From positions 1 through 64,000 of the IMG/VR virus record IMGVR_UViG_3300020112_000604: a stretch of 64,000 bases of DNA; one strand, written 5' to 3'. How positions within the stretch are numbered: the first letter of the stretch is position 1; every line of letters starts with the position of its first letter. Under the pieces are notes generated by a model. That model searched no databases, was not told where the DNA came from, and saw only the letters and a list, made by a program, of their open reading frames with translations. Shown piece by piece: positions 46,861 to 56,751 of the stretch. Both the position numbers and the translations under genes were made by a program. This DNA is from a virus (Duplodnaviria; Caudoviricetes).

Positions 46861-47151
46861 TTACTTATACGGTTTTGGGAGACGCATGTAAGCGGTTACT
46901 TCATCTGTACATTCACATTGCGAATCGTTGACCCAACATACTTCTTCACCGTCATCATCCAGAATCTTGTATGTGGAAAACATACGTATCATATCGGGAT
47001 TAGTCCACGTCTTAGTTATGTGATTCCAATACAACGTACGAAGATTTTTATGGTTTGGCGCTGTTTTGATTGTGCATAGATACCATCCGTCGGTAATTGG
47101 AGTATAGTCTGGAAATGCGTGCCAGTGTAATGGATGTAATGTACGGTTCAT
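46861..47151 (-). CDS. DUF551-like small phage protein
   Basis: WH..PD..P...GWYLCT...W...VTAYMRLPKPY pattern. Confidence 0.6.
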   Translation of the reverse strand: MNRTLHPLHWHAFPDYTPITDGWYLCTIKTAPNHKNLRTLYWNHITKTWTNPDMIRMFSTYKILDDDGEEVCWVNDSQCECTDEVTAYMRLPKPYK

Positions 47152-47211
47152 AAAGCATGTCTCCTTTCGTCAAATAAATGGAGGAACCCAATTAGGGTTC
47201 CTCTATTCTTA

Positions 47212-47583
47212 TTAAGGGTTGACGTTGATAACGTATTCAGTGATGTCTCTGATGTTAGTAACGTCGAGAAGCTTGATTCTTCCGTTGTTACATCTTGAGT
47301 AATCAAATATAAGAGATTCGATAAGATTTGGACAACCGGAAGTTGTAAGGTCTACCATATTTGAGCTAAGTACATCTGCTCTGATGATAGCCTGTTTGAA
47401 TACACCTGTCATCTGGCTAACTTCTCCAGTTTCCTGATCGTAGTACACAACGTTGTACTTCTTTTCAGGCTGAAGATTGATTGTCTTCGTAGTTGTGCCA
47501 GTAGGTGCCGTTGGGTCATAGTTGCTGATCTGAACAGCAGGAATAATCCAAGCATAGCACGATGTGCCGAGAAAAGTAGTCAT
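47212..47583 (-). CDS. Hypothetical protein
   Basis: AAGGAGGT SD before ATG 47583; followed by a minus-strand hairpin terminator at about 47180-47203. Confidence 0.6.
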   Translation of the reverse strand: MTTFLGTSCYAWIIPAVQISNYDPTAPTGTTTKTINLQPEKKYNVVYYDQETGEVSQMTGVFKQAIIRADVLSSNMVDLTTSGCPNLIESLIFDYSRCNNGRIKLLDVTNIRDITEYVINVNP

Positions 47584-47588
47584 TGTAA

Positions 47589-48635
47589 TTACCTCCTTTT
47601 CTTGTTGCCTTTGCCCTTTCTGCATTCCTTTTCGATCTTCAGTGTTGTAACCAGATTGCTGATAAGCTTAACAGATTCGTTCATCTGAGCTGTTACATCA
47701 CCGAGAAGTGTTGACTTGTGTAAAAGGAAGAGTACTTCAGTCATGTAGTAAACATACCACTTGTCGTAAACGTTGTTAACGTCTCTTGAGTAGATAGTGT
47801 TTTCTGCAACGAGTATACAGATAGTCTTAGCAACTTCTTCACTTACATGAGCGTTGCTGACAAGTCCCCAGTATACGCCCTCAAGTGTTCTTACTTTAAC
47901 GTTGCTTTCTGTGCAACAGAACTTGCTGTCGAATTTCATAGCATACATGTCGAAGTCTCCGATAGACTTGAATGCTCTGTTAAGCTTTGATGGACGTTCT
48001 TCGATTTCTTTGAGAATTGGTGCCATAGTGATAGCATTTGTGAATGCTTCATATGTCTTCTCAACCTTTACCGCTGATTCCTCATCGTTTTTCTCACGAA
48101 GAGCATCACGTGTTTCGTACAGCTTGTTTACTCTGTCGAGAACGCTGTCAAGTCTTGCATCGTTTTCGATATTGACTTCAGTTGTTCTTGACTTCATGTC
48201 GTTCATGACGTCATTGAATTCATTGAGATATCCGTCGAGTTCAGCGCTCTGGAATAATTCATTAATGAATGCTGATGCCATGAAGTCAAGTTCGTGCGCA
48301 GCAGGATCGTTTCCGAATGCCGGTACAAATTCTGTTCTGATGATCTTCTGGAGTGGTGTAGGTAACTGAGCAAATGTGTTTGTCAGTTTGTCTCCGGTAT
48401 CGATACGTTCTTTGAGTTCCATCAGTTCTTTGATAGCAGTAACTGAGAGTTCAATTCCGTACTTAGTCTTGAATTCATCAAGAAGATTGCTGATAGATGG
48501 ACCTGCATCTTCTGTAGGTTCCGGTGTTGCGATAAATTCTTCGGCATCGGTAGATGCTTCAACTGTTTCCGGGTTAATAGCCTCAACATTGAGTTCAGGC
48601 TGTAATACTGTTTCGTTCATATTCTGTTCCTCCAA
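47589..48635 (-). CDS. Hypothetical helical protein (348 aa)
   Basis: Long ORF in the late operon; acidic N-terminus, basic C-terminal tail; true start possibly ATG 48620. Confidence 0.65.
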   Translation of the reverse strand: MEEQNMNETVLQPELNVEAINPETVEASTDAEEFIATPEPTEDAGPSISNLLDEFKTKYGIELSVTAIKELMELKERIDTGDKLTNTFAQLPTPLQKIIRTEFVPAFGNDPAAHELDFMASAFINELFQSAELDGYLNEFNDVMNDMKSRTTEVNIENDARLDSVLDRVNKLYETRDALREKNDEESAVKVEKTYEAFTNAITMAPILKEIEERPSKLNRAFKSIGDFDMYAMKFDSKFCCTESNVKVRTLEGVYWGLVSNAHVSEEVAKTICILVAENTIYSRDVNNVYDKWYVYYMTEVLFLLHKSTLLGDVTAQMNESVKLISNLVTTLKIEKECRKGKGNKKRR

Positions 48636-49421
48636 TTATTTATTAAGATAGTCGTCAATGGCGAACTTTCTTTTCTGTGTTTCAGCTCCTATAATGCTTT
48701 TCAGTTCTGATACCAGTGAAGCAGCATAGTAGCAGTTTTCAAATCTTCCACAGATTACCCCCTTATAGAAGACGCCTGTGTCGATAGTATTATCAATGAT
48801 AATCTGTTTGATCTGTGAATCGATTGACAATGCATTAACGAAGTCGGCAAATGTGACGTCAAATGCTGCCATGTATTTGATTACCTTATACATATAAGCA
48901 AGTACAATCGGAGTCTTCTTATCATTAAAGAGACCGATGAATGATGAGTCTACAGACTTGCTGAACTGTGAAAGTTCGCAGCCGTCGTAAAGGTCATCGA
49001 TATTGTTCTTGATATAGTTTGCAAAGAAGTACAGCATATTCTGGTTAATATGGGATACCAGGATGTCATACAGATTGTAAGCAAGAACGTAGTTCTGATC
49101 AGGGTTTTCAGATTTGTTAATCTGAATTCCGAATGCTGCAGAAAGATGATCGAGAATGTAGTAATATGTTTCGATTCTTGCATTGGTAATCTTTGCTGCA
49201 TCTGTTGGATATTCGTTCATCGAAGCGATGAAATCGGATTCGAATGTGCGAACGATATTTGCCGGCTGTCTTGATGCATTGAATGGATGAGACTTGAAAA
49301 TCTCAATTTCTGAATCCATGCAATCAAGAATATAATCTGAAGATAAATGCTTTAAAGCTTCTACCATATTGGCGTCTGAGCGTACAGTGAAGACATCACC
49401 ATACTGTGTCATGTCTGTCAT
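48636..49421 (-). CDS. Hypothetical protein (261 aa)
   Basis: AAAGGAGG SD; promoter variant AACC-TTAAGA-TA (49474-49485). Confidence 0.65.
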   Translation of the reverse strand: MTDMTQYGDVFTVRSDANMVEALKHLSSDYILDCMDSEIEIFKSHPFNASRQPANIVRTFESDFIASMNEYPTDAAKITNARIETYYYILDHLSAAFGIQINKSENPDQNYVLAYNLYDILVSHINQNMLYFFANYIKNNIDDLYDGCELSQFSKSVDSSFIGLFNDKKTPIVLAYMYKVIKYMAAFDVTFADFVNALSIDSQIKQIIIDNTIDTGVFYKGVICGRFENCYYAASLVSELKSIIGAETQKRKFAIDDYLNK

Positions 49422-49511
49422 AGATGTATTCCTCCTTTAATATTACACACCTATTGTGTGCTACAACATATATTATCTTAAGGTTATGTGTTCTTTCCAA
49501 AATTACAAGTT

Positions 49512-49634
49512 GGGAAAGTCGAATCTTTCGATTGTATACTATTATAGTGATAGAGAATATAAAAGCATCACTCTATTAATAAATGAAAACGCCTATGATG
49601 CAGGGCAAAGAGTACTAAGGAGGTACTAAAAATG
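49512..49634 (+). repeat. Conserved early promoter plus structured 5' leader, copy 3
   Basis: GGGAAAGTC...TTGTATACTATTATAGTG-ATAGAG[..GCATCA]CTCTAT...GCCT-ATGATGCA-GGGC...AGTACTAAGGAGGTACT...ATG. Confidence 0.85.
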
Positions 49635-49943
49635 ATTGAAATCAAAGACATTGCAAACGTATACGTTTGTAAGTACAATGCGAACTCTCAGTTCGCGGGC
49701 GAAGAAGTTATCATCGTTCAGGATATCAATGGAGGTCTTGGCATTATGGCTTTCACAAGCCACCGTGACTTTGAATCAGGCAAAATTGACACATTCTACA
49801 CATCCAGACCGCTTATGCACAGCATTCGCACTGGAGCTTGCATGCTTACATGCTATCGTAGATACCGTAAGCCATCAGCTGAGGTTCTCGAGAATTTCAT
49901 GATAGCATCAGGAAAAATGTTAAAAAAGTGGGAGGGTAAATAA
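49632..49943 (+). CDS. Early hypothetical protein (103 aa)
   Basis: Starts at the ATG of leader copy 3. Confidence 0.65.
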   Translation: MIEIKDIANVYVCKYNANSQFAGEEVIIVQDINGGLGIMAFTSHRDFESGKIDTFYTSRPLMHSIRTGACMLTCYRRYRKPSAEVLENFMIASGKMLKKWEGK

Positions 49944-49944
49944 T

Positions 49945-50370
49945 ATGACATCATCAATAATAATCGCAATAGTAGCTGCCATCGTTGGCAGCTGCACAAT
50001 CATTAAAAATCGCAGAGCCGCAATTGAAATTCCTGACGGCACAACAGTTACAGAGTATACTGGAAAGAGAGTTAGTATATTTGATATGCCAGCAGAAATG
50101 CAGGCAATCGTGGGTCTGTTTGATGAAATTTCCAGAACAGTCTGTGTGAAAGATTATTCGATGTCTATTGATGATAGATATCGTAAGAAGAACCATCTTC
50201 ATACGTACAGCAAAGATGCTTTGTTAATGGAGTCATTTGCGGCATGCAGTTTAAATGATTCTGATGAGATAGAAAAGGAGATACAGATATTCGTCACAAA
50301 GGATGAGTATCTGTGTGCATTCTCTATTAAGGACACAGAAGCAAATAGACGTACAATAAAGAAAATGTAA
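49945..50370 (+). CDS. Early protein with an N-terminal membrane anchor or signal
   Basis: MTSSIIIAIVAAIVGSC hydrophobic N-terminus; GGGAGG SD. Confidence 0.6.
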   Translation: MTSSIIIAIVAAIVGSCTIIKNRRAAIEIPDGTTVTEYTGKRVSIFDMPAEMQAIVGLFDEISRTVCVKDYSMSIDDRYRKKNHLHTYSKDALLMESFAACSLNDSDEIEKEIQIFVTKDEYLCAFSIKDTEANRRTIKKM

Positions 50371-50386
50371 AAGGAGAGATTTTTAT

Positions 50387-51013
50387 ATGAAAAGATACTT
50401 TTTAAACGATAAACAATTCATGTTCGTTTCTGGTCATACATTCTACGTATCAACCGAAAACGGAAATGTTGAAGTTGACGGATTCATAATTGACGAAAAT
50501 GAAGATGACAACTTCATTACGTTATGCAACGGAGAATGGCTGGCATGTCCAAAGTCAATCCCGTTAGACTGGCTGCAGGACGTGTTTATCTTTAAGCATC
50601 TTGATGATGCCTTCGAGATAAGCACAAACTTGCGAATGACGGTAGCGACGGATTATAGGTGTAACCCAACCGTATCAGCTGACCGTCTTAAGAAAATAAT
50701 CAAGGACCGCAGATATTTAAAGGAATTAGGTATCTTGCATCTAATCAATTATTACGATGACGCGGATGTACTGGTTACTGAAGTTGGACACGGTATAAAG
50801 ATTCACCATACCAGACATAACAGGCGTTTTCCGAAAGCACCGTCATCAAAGTATCCGGACGATAATATCCGTTCGGTATTCATTTATAAGGATGACGTTT
50901 ACATCTGCCCTTCAGACAGAAATGCCAATGGCATTCTCAGACTGGATGAAGACGACACGTTGTATTTAGCAAGGTTTGGTGAACTCGAAGAGGAAATCTT
51001 CAAGTTCATTTAA
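50387..51013 (+). CDS. Early hypothetical protein (208 aa)
   Basis: AAGGAG SD; followed by tandem terminators at 51042-51090. Confidence 0.65.
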   Translation: MKRYFLNDKQFMFVSGHTFYVSTENGNVEVDGFIIDENEDDNFITLCNGEWLACPKSIPLDWLQDVFIFKHLDDAFEISTNLRMTVATDYRCNPTVSADRLKKIIKDRRYLKELGILHLINYYDDADVLVTEVGHGIKIHHTRHNRRFPKAPSSKYPDDNIRSVFIYKDDVYICPSDRNANGILRLDEDDTLYLARFGELEEEIFKFI

Positions 51014-51172
51014 TCTACAAATTCTAATAAAACAACTAAACTAAAAGAGCTACGGGCTCTTTTGAGAAGGCTATGCCTTCTTTTTTTTATTTCAATGTAA
51101 CAATATTTGACATTGTGTATACTTTTGTTAAGAACAAGGGGTCTTTGTAGCAAAAGTAGTTAACTACGAAGT

Positions 51173-51350
51173 ACCTAACATTTTCGTAATTTATACGAAA
51201 ATAAGACTAAGATTAGTCTAAGTGTGACTGTGCCTTAGCTAAAGTCACACTAAGCTAACTGGTCTTAAATATTCTCTGTATAAAACGAAAATATATCCTA
51301 ATAACCAAATACTTTGACTCTACTTGTTGACCAAGTAGAGTCTTATTTAT
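51173..51350 (+). ncRNA. Candidate structured non-coding RNA (long rod plus terminator)
   Basis: Tandem late promoters (51162-51173, 51177-51188), nested stems 51181-51291, terminator GACTCTACTTG/CAAGTAGAGTC plus TTATTTATT; no ORF in the supplied track. Confidence 0.45.
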
Positions 51351-51449
51351 TGTAGACAGGATCTGAATTAGAAGTATGAGTTTCATAGTATAGGACTACG
51401 CTAAGGCTACGTCCTATACTAAGGGACAGACCTTAAAGCCCTAGGGCAA

Positions 51450-51461
51450 AACATTTTAGTA
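51450..51461 (+). promoter_or_regulatory. Late promoter
   Basis: AACA-TTTTAG-TA upstream of AAAGGAGG. Confidence 0.7.
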
Positions 51462-51479
51462 ATAAAGGAGGAATGTGCT

Positions 51480-52697
51480 ATGACAGAACAGTATCGTTAC
51501 TCTGCTGTAATGACATTCATGAATAACAGAAGAGAAGCTCAAGAAATATCTATGGATGTAATCCAATTCATAGTTATAGACAAAGATTATGAAAACAATA
51601 TTATGCCAGTTATAACTACATCTATTTTATTAGATTCCAAACTTAGAGACAAAATGATTCTTGAAATGGATGATTCTATAGTATCTCTACAGATATACAA
51701 ATTCAATAAAGACGAAGATGACAGAATAGGACAGACTATTCTGAATGATATCTTTGTTTATATGATACCAGGTGACATATCTCATTCACAGGATATGGAC
51801 TATAAAGATGAAATCGATGAAGAGAACCCACCAAGAATACCTACTACAGTTTATCTGATAAAGAGAGACTCAATAAACAACAATCGTCAGGTAATCAATT
51901 GTGTCAATCGATTTACTTACGACAAGAATATTAAGAAACAGATATCAATGACAGACATGGTAATGAGAACGTCAGCATATCTCAGACCATTATTGCTAGA
52001 ACCAATAACCAACAATAAATCATTTGATGAGATTGTAATACCTCCATTATCTTCATTATCAGATTATGTCAACTATCTCAATGATAATATCTGTTCACTA
52101 TATCCAACCGGATATAGATTCTTCATGGACTTTGATACAAACTACATCATATCTAAGTCCGGTAAAAAGGTTGAGCACAAAGACCAGAATTATCACTCAG
52201 TAATCATAGATATTGGTGAAAAGAGCAATCTTAATTATGCTGTAGATGGAAACCTGTATAACAGTGAAAATCGTTTCTATCACGTTCCAGTATCAATTGC
52301 TATGGCAAAGTTCCAGCGTAACATTACAGCGAAACACCTGGTTACTCAAGTGGCTTGTATCGATAGTTCAGGAACAGCTTTTTCAGAAGACGTATCAGAC
52401 ACGTCTGCTAATATTAAAGAAAAGCTATCTATTATGCAGTCAACAACTTCTAACTCTGGCATCATAGACAATGTCAAGAATGACGTCGTAAATGGCTCGC
52501 TTGTAATAGACATTGTTAAACCAAATTTGGACGCCAGCATATTTACAATCAATAAAGAATACATAATAAACAATACCGAAGAGTATAAAGACTATGACGG
52601 CAGATATCTGATATGCTGTGCTAAACAGTTCTTTATCAAAGAAGAAGATGGATTCGCTATGAATTCCCTGATGAGATTCAAAAAAATATCCCAGTAG
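51480..52697 (+). CDS. Virion structural protein, possible baseplate hub (T4 gp27-like)
   Basis: Late promoter; about 400 aa, beta-rich, with C-terminal YDGRYLI reminiscent of hub proteins. Confidence 0.4.
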   Translation: MTEQYRYSAVMTFMNNRREAQEISMDVIQFIVIDKDYENNIMPVITTSILLDSKLRDKMILEMDDSIVSLQIYKFNKDEDDRIGQTILNDIFVYMIPGDISHSQDMDYKDEIDEENPPRIPTTVYLIKRDSINNNRQVINCVNRFTYDKNIKKQISMTDMVMRTSAYLRPLLLEPITNNKSFDEIVIPPLSSLSDYVNYLNDNICSLYPTGYRFFMDFDTNYIISKSGKKVEHKDQNYHSVIIDIGEKSNLNYAVDGNLYNSENRFYHVPVSIAMAKFQRNITAKHLVTQVACIDSSGTAFSEDVSDTSANIKEKLSIMQSTTSNSGIIDNVKNDVVNGSLVIDIVKPNLDASIFTINKEYIINNTEEYKDYDGRYLICCAKQFFIKEEDGFAMNSLMRFKKISQ

Positions 52698-52723
52698 GCA
52701 TCTAGCCTACTGGGGATTTTTTG
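52689..52723. terminator. Bidirectional terminator
   Basis: CCCAGTAGGC-ATCTA-GCCTACTGGG flanked by an A-run and a T-run. Confidence 0.75.
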
Positions 52724-52734
52724 TGTTTTACTTT

Positions 52735-54198
52735 TTATAAACCTGGTGTACCAATTGAATTGTTGGATACGTTCTGTGAACCACCAGCATTCATATTGGT
52801 TGTTGTCTGAGCTGTCTGTGTACCAGCGTCAGTCGCATTAGAGTCTACCTTGCCCGAATAGCTCATTACATGAGCTGAGATTACAGACATGTATTCTCTA
52901 GTTATCTTTTCAGCACCTGTACACATAGCACCGATTACGGTACCAACAGTTTCAGTTACTATCTGGCAGTATTCAGCAACAGACTTTGTCCAAGCCTTGA
53001 TAGCCTTAGAATCCATTCCGTTCTGAGCATTGCCAACGTTTGTGTATGCCTGGTTAGCAGCAGCGTCTTTAATCTGCTGTGAAGCACCGTTCTTCATGTT
53101 AGCTGTAGCATTATTAGCAGCATTAACAGTATCGTTCTTAGCATTCTGGCTAGCACCAGCATCAGCAATACCATTTCGGTTGTTATTGTATGTGCTGTTC
53201 TTGTTAACGTACTTTCCGTTAGGCTCAGAGTTTGTATTGCTGTTGAAGTTAATCTTAGCTTCATTGATGTAGCTTTCGAATACTACTGAGTAAACTTCCG
53301 GAAGTTCTGTAGAAGCGTTTACAGGCTGGTTAGCATTGTTGTTACCACCAGTATTATTTGTGTTAGCCTGTGGCTTAGCATTAGACTGAACTGGCTTAGC
53401 TTTGTTTGCGTTTGCTTTCTTTGCAGCTTCTGCAGCATTGCTAGCAAATGCCTGAGCGTCCTTAGCCTTAAGAGCGTTACCAGTCCTAGCATTCTTCTTG
53501 TATGATGAGTTATAAGCCTTTTCAGCCTTAGCCATCCACTTGTCGAATGAATCCTTAGTCTTAAGGATACCAGTTCTGAATGTATTAGCTGAGATACAGA
53601 AGTTGTATAAGTCAGCCATATTTATTGAAGATGTCGGAACGTCCTTATCCGGACCTGGGCAGTAGTAAGCTTTACAAGCATCGGCGAAGCTCTGGTCCTT
53701 TTCGATCTTAATAGTTTTGTTTGTAACAAAGTTCTGGATGTCTGTTCTCCATTTATCCTTATTACCTTCGGCTCCATCGTTAGCAGCTGCAGCAGTAAGG
53801 TCATCGATGAATGTAACGTTAGGGAATACAATGTTTATCTTACCCTGAAGTCTCTTGATACATTCAGGGATATTGCTTGCCATTGTAATTGTACCTTCCT
53901 GAAGCTTCTTACCAAGAATGATTTCCTTGTTTTCTGTAAGGAACGCAACGTCGTTCTTAAAGAACTTATCCGCTCTTGTAAGGAATCTATTCCAGATACC
54001 AGCAATCCATGCTGTGAACTTAGACCAGAATGACTGAGCCTTATCATTTGTAGCTTCATGAATATATTCAATTTTAGACACAACGTCTGTGCCTTCGGCA
54101 ATAGCTACACATTCTTTGAGGAATTCCTGTGTGTCGAGCTGACGTTTCATAACTTCATATCTGTACACAGATTCTTCAAGCATTTCTATATATTCCAT
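52735..54198 (-). CDS. phiKZ-type internal head protein paralog
   Basis: IHEA followed by the amphipathic helix FWSKFTAWIAGIWNRFL. Confidence 0.65.
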   Translation of the reverse strand: MEYIEMLEESVYRYEVMKRQLDTQEFLKECVAIAEGTDVVSKIEYIHEATNDKAQSFWSKFTAWIAGIWNRFLTRADKFFKNDVAFLTENKEIILGKKLQEGTITMASNIPECIKRLQGKINIVFPNVTFIDDLTAAAANDGAEGNKDKWRTDIQNFVTNKTIKIEKDQSFADACKAYYCPGPDKDVPTSSINMADLYNFCISANTFRTGILKTKDSFDKWMAKAEKAYNSSYKKNARTGNALKAKDAQAFASNAAEAAKKANANKAKPVQSNAKPQANTNNTGGNNNANQPVNASTELPEVYSVVFESYINEAKINFNSNTNSEPNGKYVNKNSTYNNNRNGIADAGASQNAKNDTVNAANNATANMKNGASQQIKDAAANQAYTNVGNAQNGMDSKAIKAWTKSVAEYCQIVTETVGTVIGAMCTGAEKITREYMSVISAHVMSYSGKVDSNATDAGTQTAQTTTNMNAGGSQNVSNNSIGTPGL

Positions 54199-54201
54199 AT
54201 A

Positions 54202-55554
54202 TTACACCTCCTTAGCAAGCTCATTGAGCTTAGCCTTGCAACGAGCGCCAACGGCATTAAAGAATGCCCAAGCTGTAGAGAGTCTAGCTTCTTCAACCTT
54301 TAATGCTCCTGAGTAGTAATTAACGATTGCTTCGCCGGCTGTGTGAATCATTACTTCACACTTCTGAACAACTTCAAACTCGAGCTGTGAAAGAGCTTCG
54401 TTAGAACTTGATGGAACTCCAGAGTTAGAAGTAACTCCTCTCTTAGAAAGAATTCTTGTGAGTTCGGTTGATGGGTCTATAGCCTTAACTGAAGCGATAG
54501 CTTTATTGATTGAAGCATCAATTGCTTTCCACTTCTTACCAACGTTGAAGAGATAAGAAAGTATATTAGATTTCCAGTTATCGTTCTCAGAAACGTTAGA
54601 TTCGTCCGGTTTAGTGAAGTTAGTCAGGATACCCCTTACAAGCTCAATTCCTGAAAGTCCTGATTCCTCAACTGCTGAAAAAGCGGCATCTGTGGCTCTG
54701 CTTCCTCCGTCTGTGTTAGAGTAAGCAAGGAATGCTGTAGCAAAATCAGTCATCATCTTAGGGTTGTATGATTCTGACTTATCAGTGTTTGTCAGACCGT
54801 ACTTGTGAATGATATCTGTGAGAGTCATATTCTTAACTTCAGCACCGAGAACAGATGAACAAACCTTAGCCATGCTACCAAACTTAGAAACAGCGGCATT
54901 TGCTCCGAATGCTGAGAATACGGCACCGAATGCATCTGATGTATTTGTTGAAGTATATTCTGATGCGAAACCATCCATATACTTATAGCTCTTTACGGAC
55001 TTAGCAATCTCGTCGAGTTCTCCAGTGAGATCAAAAGCGTTGACGACGTTTGCAGCATTTGATGCGTTCATTGATACTGCCATCTGTTTGAGTTTTTCAA
55101 ATTCAGCTTTCTTAGCAGCATCATCTGTATTCATAGTAAGAGCTTTAATGTCGTTCTTAAAATCTGAAATATTTGTTGTTTCACCGTTAGTGAAGAGTTT
55201 GCCAGCAACGCCAGTCATCTTCTGACTTAAAGCTGTAAGAGCTTTTACGATAGCTGTCTTAATCTTACCGCATAATGTTTTTACGCGGTTAATCATACCA
55301 GCAGACTTAGCTTCAGCTTCAGTAACAAGTACGGTGGCTTCTTCCGTAATCATTGACTTGAAATAGCTCTTGAGCGATTCGTTCTTGGCGTCAAGCATTT
55401 CAAGTAAAGCGTCATAACAAATCTGATTGATACTACGAGTGTCATGAACTTCGGCAAATGTGTCGAGCATAGATGCTTCGCAGATATCAGTACATTTAAT
55501 ATTTCCGATATCTTTAGATACCGGTTTAGCCGTAATGGCTGATACATTAAACAT
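54202..55554 (-). CDS. phiKZ-type internal head protein paralog
   Basis: VTEA followed by MINRVKTLCGKIKTAIVKAL; late promoter AACT-TTTAAG-TA (55633-55644). Confidence 0.6.
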   Translation of the reverse strand: MFNVSAITAKPVSKDIGNIKCTDICEASMLDTFAEVHDTRSINQICYDALLEMLDAKNESLKSYFKSMITEEATVLVTEAEAKSAGMINRVKTLCGKIKTAIVKALTALSQKMTGVAGKLFTNGETTNISDFKNDIKALTMNTDDAAKKAEFEKLKQMAVSMNASNAANVVNAFDLTGELDEIAKSVKSYKYMDGFASEYTSTNTSDAFGAVFSAFGANAAVSKFGSMAKVCSSVLGAEVKNMTLTDIIHKYGLTNTDKSESYNPKMMTDFATAFLAYSNTDGGSRATDAAFSAVEESGLSGIELVRGILTNFTKPDESNVSENDNWKSNILSYLFNVGKKWKAIDASINKAIASVKAIDPSTELTRILSKRGVTSNSGVPSSSNEALSQLEFEVVQKCEVMIHTAGEAIVNYYSGALKVEEARLSTAWAFFNAVGARCKAKLNELAKEV

Positions 55555-55652
55555 ATAATGGCCTCCTTACTGTAATCAAGTATAAAAGAGACCGTCATCA
55601 AGATACAACTTGATGACGATCCATAATTGTATTACTTAAAAGTTTATTGATA

Positions 55653-56738
55653 TTAATCTTCGCGATCTTCTTCAACAGTGTCACCATTTTGGTCGACAAA
55701 CGTAGGCTTCTGTGTTTTGATATTGAGACGAAATTCTGTTAAGTCACCGGCCTGTTTTGCGACGTCATATTTGTTGTCGTTGACATATCTATTATATGCG
55801 ACAATAATTGAGTTTCTTACACGTACAACCTCATTAATGTAATCGTGCATTGTGTGCGTGTAAAAATCGACAACGCTTCCTATTATTTCAAATAAACTTG
55901 TCACAGTATTCGCCATAGTTGAAAAATCTCGTGCTGATGTATCATTACGATAAGCGTCAACACTTCTACCATACTTGTCTGTCGCATGTGATGCATCCAC
56001 ATATCGTAATGGCCTAAGCGACAATTTAGAGAAGTAGCTTTGTATCTTCTTAGTTATAGCACTTTCCTCATATGTATGCTGATGCATAACTTTACGAACA
56101 GTTCCGAGAAATTTGTCATCAAGTAATGCATCTTTATATTCAGGAAGTTCCATAGCTTGTTCCAGAGTCATAACGCTTCCCTTTGTTGCGATGTCAACAG
56201 CGTGTCTCATGTTTAAGTCGTTGTCCAGATCATATATCGACATGTCACTACGTAATTTCGATATGTCAGTACCAGTTAATGTCTTGACGTCGGCATCGAT
56301 TCCGATGCCTTTCATCCAAGCGTTGATTTTATCTATGCTAGCGTCGACAAGTTCTTTGTTTTCGTTGGTTTTATCGTTTGTGATATCGTCAAGCATGTCG
56401 AACACTATCCCATAAATATCTGTAGAGTTCTTTAACGTTGCTGTGATATTCTTTGGGTTAAGGTAGTCAGGATTCATTCGTCTAATACGAACATTACAGC
56501 TTTTGATAATGTTAAGACGGCGACTGTCTATCGAAAGAATCTTCTTTATTGCACTAACAGCTCGTTTTTCGTCTATCTTCTGTATTAATTCCTGTATGGC
56601 ATTAGACAACTTTTCACAAAGAACTGATATTTTACGGATAATCTTTAACACGATTTTCTTGATTCTGTCGAATATTGAACGCTTAACTTTGGACTCGTCA
56701 CTTTCAGTAACGATGAATGATTCTAAACTAATGTCCAT
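55653..56738 (-). CDS. phiKZ-type internal head protein paralog
   Basis: SLES / VTES followed by IFDRIKKIVLKIIRKISVLCEKL. Confidence 0.65.
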   Translation of the reverse strand: MDISLESFIVTESDESKVKRSIFDRIKKIVLKIIRKISVLCEKLSNAIQELIQKIDEKRAVSAIKKILSIDSRRLNIIKSCNVRIRRMNPDYLNPKNITATLKNSTDIYGIVFDMLDDITNDKTNENKELVDASIDKINAWMKGIGIDADVKTLTGTDISKLRSDMSIYDLDNDLNMRHAVDIATKGSVMTLEQAMELPEYKDALLDDKFLGTVRKVMHQHTYEESAITKKIQSYFSKLSLRPLRYVDASHATDKYGRSVDAYRNDTSARDFSTMANTVTSLFEIIGSVVDFYTHTMHDYINEVVRVRNSIIVAYNRYVNDNKYDVAKQAGDLTEFRLNIKTQKPTFVDQNGDTVEEDRED

Positions 56739-56751
56739 ATGTCATTCCTCC

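Noticed and set aside
49465-49476. Extra plus-strand TATATTAT early-like core upstream of leader copy 3
   Set aside because: It lacks the upstream TTTCAnTT context of the other early promoters and abuts a minus-strand late promoter, so it is probably incidental in AT-rich DNA.
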